A stretch of DNA of 60,853 bases, counting the filler, from Sphacelaria rigidula (Eukaryota): the NCBI GenBank assembly GCA_964200075.2. It is 8 parts of 8 records of this genome, joined end to end, with 100 filler letters (N's around TTAATTAATTAA, not from the genome) between each part and the next. Parts side by side here need not be neighbours in the genome. Positions count along the whole stretch, not along the records: positions 30,479 to 37,997 come from CAXNAA020014539.1; positions 38,098 to 45,616 come from CAXNAA020014540.1; positions 45,717 to 53,235 come from CAXNAA020014541.1; 5 more parts are not named here. One strand, 5' to 3'. A program made the position numbers and the translations under genes. Below are positions 37,699-51,360 of this stretch, piece after piece; the first letter of the stretch is position 1, and each line of letters opens with the position of its first letter. Under the pieces are notes generated by a model. The model saw only the letters and a program-made list of their open reading frames with translations. It searched no databases and was not told the origin of the DNA.

Positions 37699-39770
37699 TA
37701 GGACCCGCATGACCCGTACATGTTTGCCGAGCGACGAGCTGTACGACTCGCTTCACGCACACACTTTCGTGTACAACTGATCTGAAGACCCGTGTCATCT
37801 ATCCAACATCACATACTTTTCATTTATATCAGTGTTGCATATCGGACCGAGAATAAAGTTCGATATATATTTTTAGAATATCGAACCACATCCGCCGATA
37901 TCGACATTTTTGTCGATATTCCGAAAATGACACGATACGTATCGAATATCGATATTCGCTACGATATGACTGTTTTGGTATGGCGGCTGTGTACAAGNNN
38001 NNNNNNNNNNNNNNNNNNNNNNNNNNNNNNNNNNNNNNNNNTTAATTAATTAANNNNNNNNNNNNNNNNNNNNNNNNNNNNNNNNNNNNNNNNNNNNCGA
38101 AGATTTTAATCCTCCGGGTTCTCATCCTCAATGAAAAGCACCATCCTCAACATAGATGATCGGCTGTTAGAACAGCCGATGAGGCTTATTAGGAAAGGCG
38201 TGTCTGGCGTATGCACTATTTCCAGGTGCAGGTACAAACTGTAGTTGGGGTGTTGTGCGCATCAGGTAGTGCACAGATTCATCAAGCAGTATGAGTCGCC
38301 GTCGAGAGATGTTAAAAGGACGTGGCGACCGCCGCCAGCCACTTGTGGCTTTTGATTATATGATTGTCCCCATCACCATGCCAGACATCCCTTTGTGAAA
38401 GGGGTGGTTCGCGATTCCCCTCTTTGTTACAAGCGGAAAATTTTCTTCGAAGGGCATGAGCGTTGTGCCGCACCCACAGTACAGTACGCCCCTCCGACTG
38501 AAGCAGCGGCTGCCGCTACATACTCCTTTACACGTTTTGGGCAGTTCTCCACGACGGAGATAAGCTACCCATACACAGCTTGCTCGTTCCCGTCGATTGC
38601 ATACGACCCCACTGCATTCTGTACCGCCTTCACAGAGGGATACGCAGAACTCACGCCTCTAGCTTCGTCGCTCGTTCTACTGCGTTGCTAGATTCAGCCG
38701 GCATGTGAACATGGGCACAATAACGAACAATATCCTACTCTGTTGTCGCTGACTTGCAGCGTGATGTTCGGCGTACTGAACTCTTCTCTCACACTTTCAC
38801 GATTCTCGCAATACCGGCTGTGCAATCATTACCACATGGTATTGCTGCGCACTGGGGTGATGAGAGTGTCCCGCACTGTATTACCCTGGGGTACCACGAT
38901 ACAAACACTGTACTGTACTCGAAGAATTATTCGCCGCCTGCCTGCTCTTCGGCTTTCATTAGTCCGCGATGCCGCACTCGTGCAAAAAATAATCGTCCGT
39001 TTACAGAACTACTTCACAAATCTGTGAATCTAAAAAACGGTCCCCATGGATTTGACTTCTTCAGCAAAGTTGTGTCCCATTTGCACAGATCAGGATATCC
39101 ACGTTGTCGAGATTCGTTCCCATACAAGGATAATAAGGGTTACAGAGTCATTCTATAAAATGATAATATCCACTGAAATAATGGGTACGGTTGAAACTGT
39201 TCGCCGTATTTTCTACGGTGCGGGTGGTACGATCACCACTTCACAAAAAAGGGCACGCACATGAGCATACAAGGGTACATACGTGACTGCAGAAGGGTAT
39301 GATACACTTTTAGCAGAGAGTCGGGTGTACCTTCCTTGTTTTTCGACAGATGAGGGTGCTTTAACAGGCTCTCCCTTCCCCCTCGTGGTGAAGCCTAATG
39401 CCATGAGTCAAAGAAAATATAGTCGGGCATGCTGCCAAGGCACCTTGGGCGTGGGGCTGAGGCGCTGGAACGTGTTTTTCGACCTGCTCTGTCCACGTTC
39501 AGCGCCACGCCCCACACGGATAAGTGCGGTACTCTTTTCGCTCCACAAACGACAAAAGTATTTCCTTCAATGAAAAGAGGGAAGTTTTTGTTGGAAGGTC
39601 GAACACCGTGCAGTGATGCCGCTCTTGTGAGCCTACACCCGCGCCTTTGTACTCCACGATGCAACTAGTAAACTACGGAAGCGTGATCATATGTAGGCTG
39701 CTGTTCGCCAGTCAAAAGTTTCCTTGTACAGGTCACTGTAGATGTCATGGGTATAGCTTGAAAATATTTG

Positions 39771-40325
39771 CAGATACCGCACTTTATTTCCAGCTGTATG
39801 TTTTAAGGTCGCTTCTTAGAGACTGAAGAAAATCTGTCTGAGAAGTGCCCTTTTGAACCTTTCACCTCGGATTATTGGCGGAAAACGGGCCTTGGCGGGT
39901 TTGGCCCCCTCGGGAAGATTTGCTCCATTTTTCACGAGGATTCCAGCGCGCTTGTCCGATCTTTCGTACTCCCAGTTTTACTCTTGGCCGGATTCTGGAT
40001 TCTCTGGATTTTTTCAGTCGCCGCGAAAATCGTCCAGTTGTCGGGAAAAATACGTACTTTTTGCCGACAACTCGAAGTTTTTTCAGGTGACTGAAAACAT
40101 CCAGAATCTGGCCAAGAGTAAAACTGGGAGTACGGAAGGTCGGACAAGCGTGCTGGAATCCTCGTGAAAACTACAGCAAATCTTTCCGAGTTGGCGGACT
40201 TGGCCCGTATTCCGCCAATAATGCGTGATGGAAGGTTCAAAACGGCAGTTGTCAGAGAGATTTGGTTTCAGTCTAAAATAAGAAGCGACCTGAAACCGTT
40301 TCAAATGTCTCAAAAGTGGATACTG
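39771..40325. repeat. Fold-back inverted repeat of about 550 bp
   Basis: Arms such as cacgaggattccagcgcgcttgtccgatctttcgtactcccagttttactcttggcc and ggccaagagtaaaactgggagtacggaaggtcggacaagcgtgctggaatcctcgtg; centre near 40053. Confidence 0.9.
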
Positions 40326-40542
40326 TAATACGAGCCAAAACAAGAACAAACCGTAGGAAATGGCCTAAGGTGAGGAAAACTTCCATGCTGAGGTATTCGA
40401 GTTTCTTTACCAAATTTCGTACGCATATTTCGTCGATTACCCTCGGACGCATCTTTCATTTTTTATTTTGACGCGTTATGTACCAGATTTCCAGATTCTT
40501 CGCAGTGGGACCCCCGGCAGCCGGGACAGAACGGATAAATTT

Positions 40543-41784
40543 CAGGGATGTGCACGGATTGAGAATAATTCCGCGGAGCATACTATTACGGTGCGGTTTG
40601 TCAATCCGCACCGCTCCGTGGCATTTGTAGGGGGCGGATATCCGCTCTGCTCCCCTCCGTACTATATTCGAAGAATCCGCTCCGCACCGCGACATTTTCG
40701 TTAGCGGATATCCGCTCCACAATAATCCGTGAATTTTCCGATGTACGGATATCCGCTCTGCTCCGTTACAATAAAAAAAAACGCTCCGCTCCGTACAGAT
40801 TACAGCTGCGCGGTTGGAACCGTGAAACACGGTTTTCTACGGTGCGGTTTTGTCCACTCCGTAGGTAGTCCGTTCGTCCTCCGTGGCATAACTTTCGGAT
40901 GGAACCGCTAAAGAGACACGGATTTCCACGGACGAATTTGCTCTGAATGCCGGATAACTAAGAATTCGAAGTATATAAATATCGTTCTGGATAAGCAATT
41001 CGCCGATACGGTTCTGAAAGTCTGCATTCCGTACTCCATCCGTGCGTTCTCCGTAGCATACCTCAGATCAAAGCGCTGAAAAGCCACGGATTTCCACGGA
41101 CAAAATTGTCCTGAATGCCGGATAACTTGGAATTCGAAGTTTAAAAAATATCTTATTCTCGAGGAATGTATTCCATGCTTTTTCTTGTGGTGGATAGCCG
41201 TAATCCTGGGTCTAGTTCTGCTGCTGCTGTTGCGCGTCTGCCACCCCGCCCCCCGTCACCCTGTCATGTAGGGTGACATTCAAAATTCAATCATGTGCTG
41301 TTCATTATTCTCGATTGATTTTGTTTTTTCCTCCAGGGATTCGACCTTACATGTGCGCTATTTAATCCGCCGTCCCCCCTGTCTAGCAGCTGGAAGTCAA
41401 AGCAAAACAACTCATTTAGTACTTTTTGGTATTAATCCGCGGATATCGATACATTTTTCGCGGATGACCGTATCGGTTTCACGGATTACTGCGACGGTGC
41501 ACCGCGGGTAATCGCCGCGGGTTGCGCGGTTCGTTCCACGGAGGGGGGCAATCCGCTCCGTGAAAAAATCCATGCCACGGATATCCGCTCCACAGTAATC
41601 CGTGACATTTTCATCGGCGAATATCCGCTCCGCGATAATCCGTGAGTTTTCCCGCTGACGGATATCCGCTCCGTCAATATCCGTAATTTTCCACACATAC
41701 GGATATCCTCTCCGCTCCGCTCCGTGAGGTTTCGAAAAACCAAATCCGCACCGCGGAGCGGATTGTCCATCGTACACATCCCTG
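40543..41784. mobile_element. Non-autonomous hAT element with 8-bp TSD
   Basis: ATAAATTT|CAGGGATGTG...CACATCCCTG|ATAAATTT; arrays of ggatatccgctc subterminal repeats at both ends. Confidence 0.9.
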
Positions 41785-43124
41785 ATAAATTTGAATTATT
41801 GTCAATAATACAACTCTCATTTGAAGCATCAATGCCAACGGCACGGCCAAGTTTGAGGCCGGTCGGAGCTTTTCGACGACATATATATCGGTAGGGAAAA
41901 TGTCACGAGGCTACCTAGGTCTTCCATGCGTATCATGAGTGGAAATTACACGTTGCCAACTCCCCACATCCCCGAAACTGTATAATTTCGATCCCACAGT
42001 AACCGTTTTCAAATACATATATTCCGTTAGATTCCCGAGCTGATGGCGGCTACTGCGATTCGAAGCATGCGGAGGTTGGGTGAAACTTGGGCTTGGCTTC
42101 GTATCTCCGCTTTTGAATAATTCGAAGGGAGCTGGTTGATCGAGGTATTTTTCGCCCTCATCGCCACCATTCTGGTCTCGAACACAATTCGGCAATGTCA
42201 CGCTCTTCAGCTGTCGATTGCGGTCAGTATGATACGATGTATGTGACTATTGGGTAGGTATTGCGAAAGGCATTTGCTCATGACACAGTTTTGGGTATGA
42301 GAATGAACCAGCCTGTGTGTTGTGTGCGTGTTCTCTTCCCATCTATTCTGGGCGCCGGTCGACACGTTCCGGTATGTGTGGGCGCACCAGCCAGGATTCA
42401 CACAGGAGGTACGCCAACGCGGGAGCTTTTTATTTTTCGTTTATTCTACAAAAATTCCTCCGTGTCATTTTGCGGTGCTTGGTGCTTGCCTTATTTCTCC
42501 ACCTTTCTTCTTTATTTTCATGGACTTATGAAACTCTCCAGTCATTGCTGAAATTTCTAATTGCTGTAAGATTCGTTTTTTTTCTTTCGTAGAAATGTGT
42601 CAAATTTTCAGCGCCTAGCTCCTCAAATTTAGCACCACGTATGACCTGAAAACATTAAACAATCATTGTCAGCTGGCCCAGGTCGTATCCGATTATTATT
42701 ATGAGTCCGACTCTCGACTTACAACAATCCGTTCGCTGAACCAGCTTTATTTTGTAACGATCGTCCTGGTCCACAGCTGTTGTAACGGTTCTCAGATTTC
42801 GTCTATACGCTCTGATCCACTTGAAAGTTGCCGCATGCAGGCATACACCGAGGTGTGGCATGAAAAGCAGCAGGCTGCAGCACACGCGTGCATGAGTGCT
42901 CCGTCATTGTCGCATCATGAAAAGTCACCGCGTTGAAACAAAACATGTGACTGCCTCATAATACCCCACCTAAACCTCGTTTCACTGGTGTAAAAAGCAG
43001 CAGACGCAAGACGGCAGCACACACGAGTGTGTGTGCTTCTCACTGTCGTAAGATGACGATGAGGAGTCAGCAAGCTTCTCAGAGGACACATGAACGGCCT
43101 GTGTGTTGATACATGAGGTCTCAC

Positions 43125-43250
43125 CATGACGGTCATTTCATCGCTTGAAATTGGATGATCGGGCAGTACCCTGTATTCTTCGTCGTCATTGAAGCACCCC
43201 CTATAGATATAGGGATCATCCGCCAGTTCGCGAGACAGGGGCACAGCGGC
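43125..43250 (-). CDS. Secreted WSC-domain protein, exon with the N-terminal half of WSC
   Basis: tcgcag acceptor, ATG|GTGAGA donor; 126 nt, AAVPLSRELADDPYIYRGCFNDDEEYRVLPDHPISSDEMTVM, matching WSC YxGCFxD...RxL...MT. Confidence 0.82.
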
Positions 43251-44063
43251 CTGCGAATTCATACAAGAGGTAGTTGCAGTATGTAATGCGCGCGCAAGAC
43301 GTGGGCAGGGCACATTTGTAGTTCGTGACAATCGAGTGATGCTGCGGTAGGGGTGCACACATATTTTTTTTACGTTGGGATTTTGGAGTCCTTTATCTCA
43401 TCAAAAACACAAGTTTATGAAATATGCGGGAGTACACCAGGATTACTATTTCAATGTGCTATGGGTATCCCGAATGAATTTGCAAACGGGGATGCCCTGA
43501 CCCATGTTCTTGTGCATCTAGAATCCTTAGGAGCCCCTGGACCAGGCAACATTTTGCGCAAGAAGTGCACCCCTACCGTAGCACTGTTCAATCGATCATA
43601 TAGATTCATTGTACACACCCGGGCGGGATATAGACATGCAACGGGCGAAACATGCAAGGCACGCAGTTCGTTGGTGTTGAATAAATTTTACAAGCGATAT
43701 CGTGGCTGTAGACGTGAATCATCTCATGTTGTACCCTTTGGCCTCCTGCCAAATACTACAGACACATGAGCGTTCCTGACAGAAGTTCACAGCTATAATT
43801 TTGTACTGTGTGATGTACTGTATCCGGACAACAGTGGCAGATTACCCTATATAAGGTTCCCACAAGAAGTAAGGTTTGTACACCGTCACCTATAATGTCC
43901 CCCGGAAGACGACACGTACAGCGAAGACGGCACAATCACAATGGAACGTACAGCGTTCTACTATCACCCGTATATTACTGAGTATTACATACGCGTCGAA
44001 ATACCTTTTCACACTACTCTCGTCGGCACGTGACACGCATAAACACACGGAAGGCAAACTCAC

Positions 44064-44168
44064 CTTGCTCTGCGGGCCTCGCAAAGAAGCGACAGTACCC
44101 TCGAGAGCAAAGGTGGCTGGAATGGCCGTAGCCAGCCATAATGGTGCAAGTATGCACGATCCCAGCAT
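44064..44168 (-). CDS. Secreted WSC-domain protein, first coding exon (signal peptide)
   Basis: MLGSCILAPLWLATAIPATFALEGTVASLRGPQSK; AAG|GTGAGT donor; an acceptor just upstream (44176) suggests a further 5' exon. Confidence 0.7.
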
Positions 44169-46367
44169 GATTATCCTGGGATGAAAAAATGTCGAGACAC
44201 AGGAATGATGGCATACGGGCACAAACAGGACAGAACAGCGAAGCACATGCAGCCGAGGACAGCAATGAGGCGATGCGATAAATTAGACAGGTGCCCCTGT
44301 ACTTCAGGCAGAAGGGAGGGGTGCTCAGCTCGAGCCTTCAAGATATTGGCGAAGCTTCGAATTGGTCGTGATTCGAAACATAATCCAACGGGCATACTGT
44401 AGCAGCTGCGAAAGCCCTAACCCATGCCAACCTTGAACACATAGAACGTGCATGTATAGGATTCCAAAATCCGTCAACGGCGTACAGGACATCCTGAAAG
44501 ATAAATGTTGGCTGAACCGGCGCTACAGGCAACGCCAGCGTGTGTACATACGATACATGATACAGAACCGGGACGTGCTTTGGACGGAAGAAGCAGTCCG
44601 CCGTGGCCTGTTGTGAGAAATTTTTTTGCGGGCAAAATTCTATATGATAAGACATCGAACATCGACCTAACCAAAAGAGACAGCTTCAAGTTAAAAAATT
44701 CGCGACACAGACGTTTTGGTCACAACTCGTGCGAGGTAAGAACCAGGTGAGCAAACATGAACACAATGAGGTGTCTAGTGGACGGGCAAATCGCACTCGC
44801 CTCTGTTATCCTCCCAGCAGTCGAAGGATGGCTGATGAATTCGTACGCTGTTGCAAGATCGTTAGCGCTGCGGTGCACAGATACCACTGATGTGGGCGGT
44901 GGGTGGGCACTCTGGTGTATTCGGCCTTCTTCCGAGTTACATGTAGCTATTTCTCAGCAAAGTTTGTGTACTACAGAGAAAACTTCCCCTGACATTCCAC
45001 TCACTAGAACCTTGTTCTCGGGTTTCATATCTACCGTACAGTATTTTCTGACCCCTTGGTCAGTCCGACCGGAACTCCTTCCAGCCACCCATCTATCAAC
45101 ATGAAGATTCAGCCGTTGGACGTGAGATTTCAGACTTTATGATCGTTGAAATAAAATAAAAAAACAGTCACTTGAGCGATAGTGTAGCCGGTTACAAAGA
45201 GGGCTCTCAACTTGCACGTATTGTATGCGCCTTGACTTTTATTGTCGGATGATTTGACATCGAATGATTTGGATGAAGGTGGATTTTCCAAGAGCATAAT
45301 CCAAACATGGAAGCCAACGTGATTCTGATGTCATGCATGGCTCTGTGGTTGATTGAAGGGGACCTTAGATATGTTGGTATTACACAATGGTTGGTACTAC
45401 GGAGGTGATGCCAAACCGAGCGGTAAGGTAGAATTTCGTCTACCCATAACATGGTCCCTCTCCAGTGTCGGACACTGTTGAAAAAAAAAATCCCAGACCG
45501 CTCCGAGATTCGAATCCATACTCCGGAGATTTTCGGCATGTGTGTGTGTGTGTGTTGTCGTCCCATTTATTCTGGGCAGCAGTCTACACCTTTCGGTATG
45601 TGTGGGCGCATCAGCCNNNNNNNNNNNNNNNNNNNNNNNNNNNNNNNNNNNNNNNNNNNNTTAATTAATTAANNNNNNNNNNNNNNNNNNNNNNNNNNNN
45701 NNNNNNNNNNNNNNNNGCGGTCTGGTACCCTACCTTTTTCGTCCTGAGAGGTGCAAAATAAATAATGGGCACATCGGTGTTACTCGAAATTTGTTCTTCG
45801 TGTACCCCTGGTGTGGTGAAAAAAAATAACGAGCCTACGTACTTGGACTTGAATCCTCAGCAGGCTTTGTAACAGCAGTCAAAAAGCGATATACCGAACA
45901 TTGATCCACAATCGTCAAACAAAATGGAGCCTGGTCTAACCGTTGGTATGGCACAGGACGCATAGATGAGGATAATTTTGTATTGACTTGAATTATTTGC
46001 GCGAAGCGCGATTATGGCCGAACGTTCAAGATCGGCACCCGGCAAACGCTGAGGACCCGTTTCAAATCAGCCAAGGAACAAAAACATGGCACATGTCCTG
46101 TTTCAATGTACTGCGGCACAAGCACACTCACATCCGCTCTCATGTGCTGGCTGATTCACTGTTCTGTGATGCGTTTAGACCTTGTGAAGAGGGTTTGGTC
46201 TCCGCTGAGATTGCGTGAGGTGCTGTTTTGTTGTGTTTATCTCTGTGTAGAATATAGTCAGTCTGGACGCGGTGCTGTCTTCACAATCGACATTTGACGG
46301 TTGAAAATTTCATGTTACCCACACCCATCATTTGCGCGATACGAAACATGGTTGGGTGAAGACTCAC

Positions 46368-46511
46368 AACCAGTGCTTGTACACACTGCTCGGTCGGCTG
46401 GGCCAGACCCCGTGCTCCGGTGAAAGGAGCAACCCGCAGCAAAGTGCGGGTAAATTTCACCGCCAGGGTACCGCTTGCACCCGTTAGCATGGCGGCTGCT
46501 GCCGCTGGCAT
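46368..46511 (-). CDS. Candidate first exon with mitochondrial transit-peptide-like sequence
   Basis: MPAAAAAMLTGASGTLAVKFTRTLLRVAPFTGARGLAQPTEQCVQALV then GTGAGT; no downstream exon identified. Confidence 0.25.
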
Positions 46512-48122
46512 CGGCGCCAGCGCTCGCGGCCCCGGACACACAGCCAACCATACTAGAATAGAGATATACCGATACACGAGCATCGCAATGACCCCCTGCG
46601 GCGGCAATATTTCACTCGCTGTCTGCTTGTCTGCTTGCAACTTCGTTTATCTGCTGCTGCTGTTTTATTCATCCCGGCGCTACAATTCATGATTCTGTCG
46701 AATCATCGCCGGTTCAAATCACCAAATCCACGAATTTTCAGGCCTGATCGCTCCAAAGAAAAAAAAAGTTTATCGCTGGTCAAAAAGGACTCCACGCAAT
46801 TTTGCCCCCTTTCAGTGCCTCGGCTGCGCAAACCTGGGTTGCAACGCTGGAAACGAATCATGGGGATTGGCTCATAAACTACGAATCGAACACTCTAAAA
46901 TCAAGTAATTTCCAGAAGAATCATCATTTCTTCCGGCCCTTCCTACTATTACCGTTCACTCTTGTACTGTAGTACGTACACTGCAGGAGGTGTGACTCGA
47001 GTGTTCGAGCCAATCACAAGTATTTTCCACTGCACAATTTGAAACGAAGATGGCACTTCATTGGCGCTAAATTCCGCCGATCCCTGACTGGAAGGCCGCT
47101 GATTGGTTGAATTTCACATTCCACTACAAAAATCCACCCCCGCCCGAGTCATTCTACAACTGCTTTCCCCCCCCAAAACGGGTAGCCCAAACTTTTGTGG
47201 GTCATTGAACGCTTGATCTTTGATTTCATGCATGAAGCGCCTCATCTGGGCGACAAATGGCGTACATTTTGTCTCCTCAACCAGCCACTTTTTTTTGGGG
47301 GGGGGGGGTCGTAGAAAGTGTCCTTCATGTATGGGTGTTGTGCTGTCGGATTTTTTCTTGGTAAAAGGTGATGCGCGACGTCTTCTCGCCTAGCGCTCTT
47401 GTACCATCATTGTGTAATCGTTCATTCTGAAGCGCGAACTCGCCCAGAGAGGAGGCGCGATCGCGTGGTTCGCAGCGTCTAGTGTGGGTTCTCCGTTGTG
47501 TTTCGTTGTGTTCGGACACGGAGGCTTTACAGTTTCCCCATGAAACGTTGAGGGAGAGCATCACCCCTGCTCCTCCCTCCTAGTTGTGGTCATTGGGTCG
47601 CTGGGGCGGGCAGGGTGTAGGGTGCGTAGTTTTCCTTCTCAGCACGCTATGGTGGCTTGCACGTTATTGCTCACGCCCGACATGCTTCACGTGGACATAG
47701 TCTTCCGTGCGTCTGTCTGTCTCGTCAATTTGTCCATGGCAATTTCTAGTTTCGAACAGCAGCTGTTCAAGTTATCACCAACACCATTTCCTATTTGAGA
47801 TGTGGTCCGTTTGAATCTTTCAAACGGAGTGAATTCCGGATTTCCGGCAGCCTTATTCGAGTCGATCCGCGGATTAAAAAAAAAGTGGCGGATATCCGAA
47901 TATCCGGATGCCCAATTTGCAGACAGATTCCGAGGAAAACGAACGATAGATAACCCTCAACTCTCCCCACATGCATGTCGCGCATGTCTGGAAGGGATAG
48001 TGTAGCCTGGAATCACGTATTACGAGCCAGTATTACCGCATTGTGCCAGCGATGTGAAGGAATGAACGCCTTTTCCGTGGCAAACCGGAAAAACAAGTCC
48101 GACCACGACATCCAACTTTTAA

Positions 48123-48220
48123 CCCTTAGACCGCGAGATTAGTCTTTCTGGAACATCAATACTTTGTTTCACTTGAAATCGATGCCGATTCAACAGAAGA
48201 CTAACCTCGCGGTCTAAGGG
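48123..48220. mobile_element. 98-bp piggyBac-type MITE with TTAA TSD
   Basis: TTAA|CCCTTAGACCGCGAG...CTCGCGGTCTAAGGG|TTAA. Confidence 0.88.
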
Positions 48221-50559
48221 TTAACGTCCGCAAGGCCACCATAAACCACAGCACGCGTGTGATGTGTTTCATGACCAGTGGCATCGGCTGCCCCATCTCT
48301 TGCCGCGAGGACATAATTTATGATCTCACGACCATCTACTGGTGGCAACGATTCTGTCGGATCCTCTTCAATTGAGGGCTGATCGAGTAAACTTCTCGGC
48401 CGCCTCCCAAGAACCCTTTGGAAATATTGACGTCTCGAGCTGGTTTTGTTTACTTGGCTACCGGTGCCCACCTCTAGAACTTGTTCCCCAGGTGAGTGGT
48501 GCTACGGTGGGGATGCAAACATTTTTCTGAGGTTCGGATTGCTAGGAGCCCTCCATCTCCTGCAAGAAACGCAGATGAGTAGTTTTACTCGTACGGCAGG
48601 GATGGCACAAATATTTTCTGAGGTTCGAAATTGCAAAAGCCCTCCATCTCATTTTAAAAACGAGTTGACACGTATTGAACCACGTGAGGGCACGCCGCGA
48701 TGTATAGCACTCCAATGGGATAGGGCTATCTCGAATGAATTTGACAGCAGGAATGTCCTGGCTCATATTCTTGCGTAGCCCCTGAACTTGGGAGCCCCTC
48801 AATGAGAAAGATCTGCACGAAATGTGCAACCCCGAGCTTGACATGACTTGGATATGGGCTAACATTTCGTACAGATCTTACACAACTTTTATGAGGATGA
48901 ATAGCGGCCGGTTTGGGGTACAGTTGTGGACATCGACACCCATCTACCTAAAAAATCAAGTCTAAAGCAATGGGCTAATCAGTATCGATCGCGAGTACTC
49001 TACGTGTCACCTCGAAATATAGACCTGGCTCATATGAAATGCATCATACTTTGGTTTGTTGCGTGCGCTTCACACGCATCCAACCAGGGAATCATGAAAT
49101 AAATTTCCTTCACGCGTCCCACGAACGCTGCACGCTAACAAAGTATACTAGAAATACTTTTTTTGTTTCTGGGGCTCTTAAGGTCTGCTGGGGCGATCTG
49201 AGCAAAGGTGTCTGACCATTCTCTAGCTCTTGTGTGTGTACTGTGTGTGCGGCGGGCTGTAAAGCGCCACAGGTCGGCTTTCTTCCTGTGTGCCGAGACA
49301 AACGCGATGAAAGTGCTGCAGTTGTCGTATACTATAATCAACTTCGTAGGGGACGAAGCGTGTGTCCTACTCCAGACCGCTTGGAACAGCTGATGGCGTG
49401 TCCATTACTCCTCCGCGTTATTTCCATCTTTTTTCCTGACCAGTTTTTTCTATCGTTAGGCCGGATGTTAGGGCAAACAAATTTTTGACCCACAGATTGT
49501 TCACTCTTGGGACGTTTGGCCCACGTTTTGACCCCCAAACCAAGAGAACCGCCAACACACGCTCGGACACTTTGCATCACCCCACAGAGAGGAGCCTAGT
49601 CTGCTTTCAGATTCCCCTGGCTCCGAGGTTTCGAGATTGGCCGCTGAACAAAAATTCGTGGGCAAAAATCTGTGCTTGCTGACCCCCGCCCTGTCCCCTC
49701 TAGTGTACATATACAGCAGACGATCCGAGAAGCGATGACTCTAGCACTCAATGGGCAGTGCCTTGCACATACTGCACGGTATGGCAGTATTGTCTTTCAT
49801 TCCGGCCCATGTTGTATTTTACAGCAGAAAGTACCCGAGTCGGCCGCCAAATTTCATCGTGTAACACTTCTAGCCGAGCTGCATGCGGCCAACTCTCAAC
49901 CGAAAATTCGCGCAACTAGGTGTCGGTCAAAGGCCCATCGATGAAAAACCGGTATGACCTGTCGTGTATCAGCAACTACAGCCGTAGTAACAGCTCAACT
50001 AGGAAACTGATGACTGCATCGTTACTTATTATACGGATGTGAGAAAATGACGAAGGTCAAGATAACCCGCCCTGGCCGATTGAACTGCAACAACCAGGAA
50101 AACCCGCAAGGCCACACGCCGAAGAAAGCGTCAACGACCGATCACACAGGACAGCGGTGGATCAGCTTCCGTGTTAACTCGGCCTCCCCCATTTATCCCG
50201 TGTCGGGTACAAAGCAGGACCCGAGTGATGGTACGGTAGGAGTGCACAAATATTTTGTGAGGTCATAATTGTTGGAAGCCCTTTAGCTCATGCAAAACAC
50301 GACCTACGAAAATATGTGAAAGTACGCCAGGATTACTCCTCCAATGTGCTGGGGATATCTCAAATATATTTGCAAACGGGGATGCCCTGAACCATATTTT
50401 TGTCCATCTAGAATTGTTAGAAGCCCCTGAACTAGACATAACTTCGCAAAAAAAGTACGCCCCCACCGCAGCATTGCTCACTCTCTCTCCATCATTTCCA
50501 TACTCAATTGCGATGATCGGCTGTTGTATCAGCGGTGGCGGCTCTCCGATCGACGGCTC

Positions 50560-51360
50560 TCGACGCAACAGCCTCTATTTTGTGGCAAAAGTCCGATTGG
50601 CGCTTGTGTTGGCGTCGCCGTGTCTTCTCGAACGTCTCCGCCCCTGTCTTGACTTCAAGGCGCCGTTTTTGGTTTGAGCGTGTTCTTCGTTGCAGTGACC
50701 AATCTTGTGCGTCCTCACCCCGTAGACGAACCATTTTCCTCGCGCCCCTTTACGTGGAAGTGCACGTAGTTTCTCCTGGTGACGACCCCCCCCCCAATCT
50801 TTGGGGCGCCGGCTGGCTTTCTCAGATTTTTTATGCCGCTCACCGCCCGAAGATGATGCGCTTTGAACATGTCTTGTTCTGCCGCACAAGCCCCCGCGCG
50901 GACCAGAGTGGACGCCTGCGGGTGGTCGTCGCAAGACGCTCACAGTTGGCCATCTCGAGCACATGTCTGTGCGGAAGAGGATTTTCAGTAAAGCTGGTGG
51001 TGAGCAGCGCGCAGACTCGTGAAATCCTCGGGACGCAGCGTCCATGTAGCACATCCGTCGGCATAACTTCCACCACCTCTGCTTTGACGCAGCAGTCGTT
51101 TCAGAGGTGGCTGAACGTTAGGCCGATCGTAAAGTTGAGGGCTAAATGTCCGCAAGGCGTGCAGCGCTGATGCGAGGCTGATGCGGCGTACGGTTCAGGC
51201 GACGAAATGAGCAAAAACCGAGCAGTTGAAGCATGGCGCGTATGCCCAACAAACCAGTGGTATGCAGAGAACAGTACAAAAGAGACCTTCGGCCATTCTC
51301 TCGGGACGTATTTTGCAAAATTGCCCTCTGTTTCTAAGTTACAACTGAAAGGCTGAGCAT
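50560..51360 (-). mobile_element. Decayed RTE-type LINE, 3' part of the RT ORF
   Basis: Frameshifted pieces LYDRPNV..KAEVVEVM.xGCATWTLRPEDFTSLRAAHHQ..RHVLEMANCERL.TTTRRRPLW..LVRQNK..KRIIFGR..GAETF. Confidence 0.75.

Noticed and set aside
50535-51170. 211-aa plus-strand ORF
   Set aside because: Antisense shadow of the decayed RTE LINE on the minus strand.
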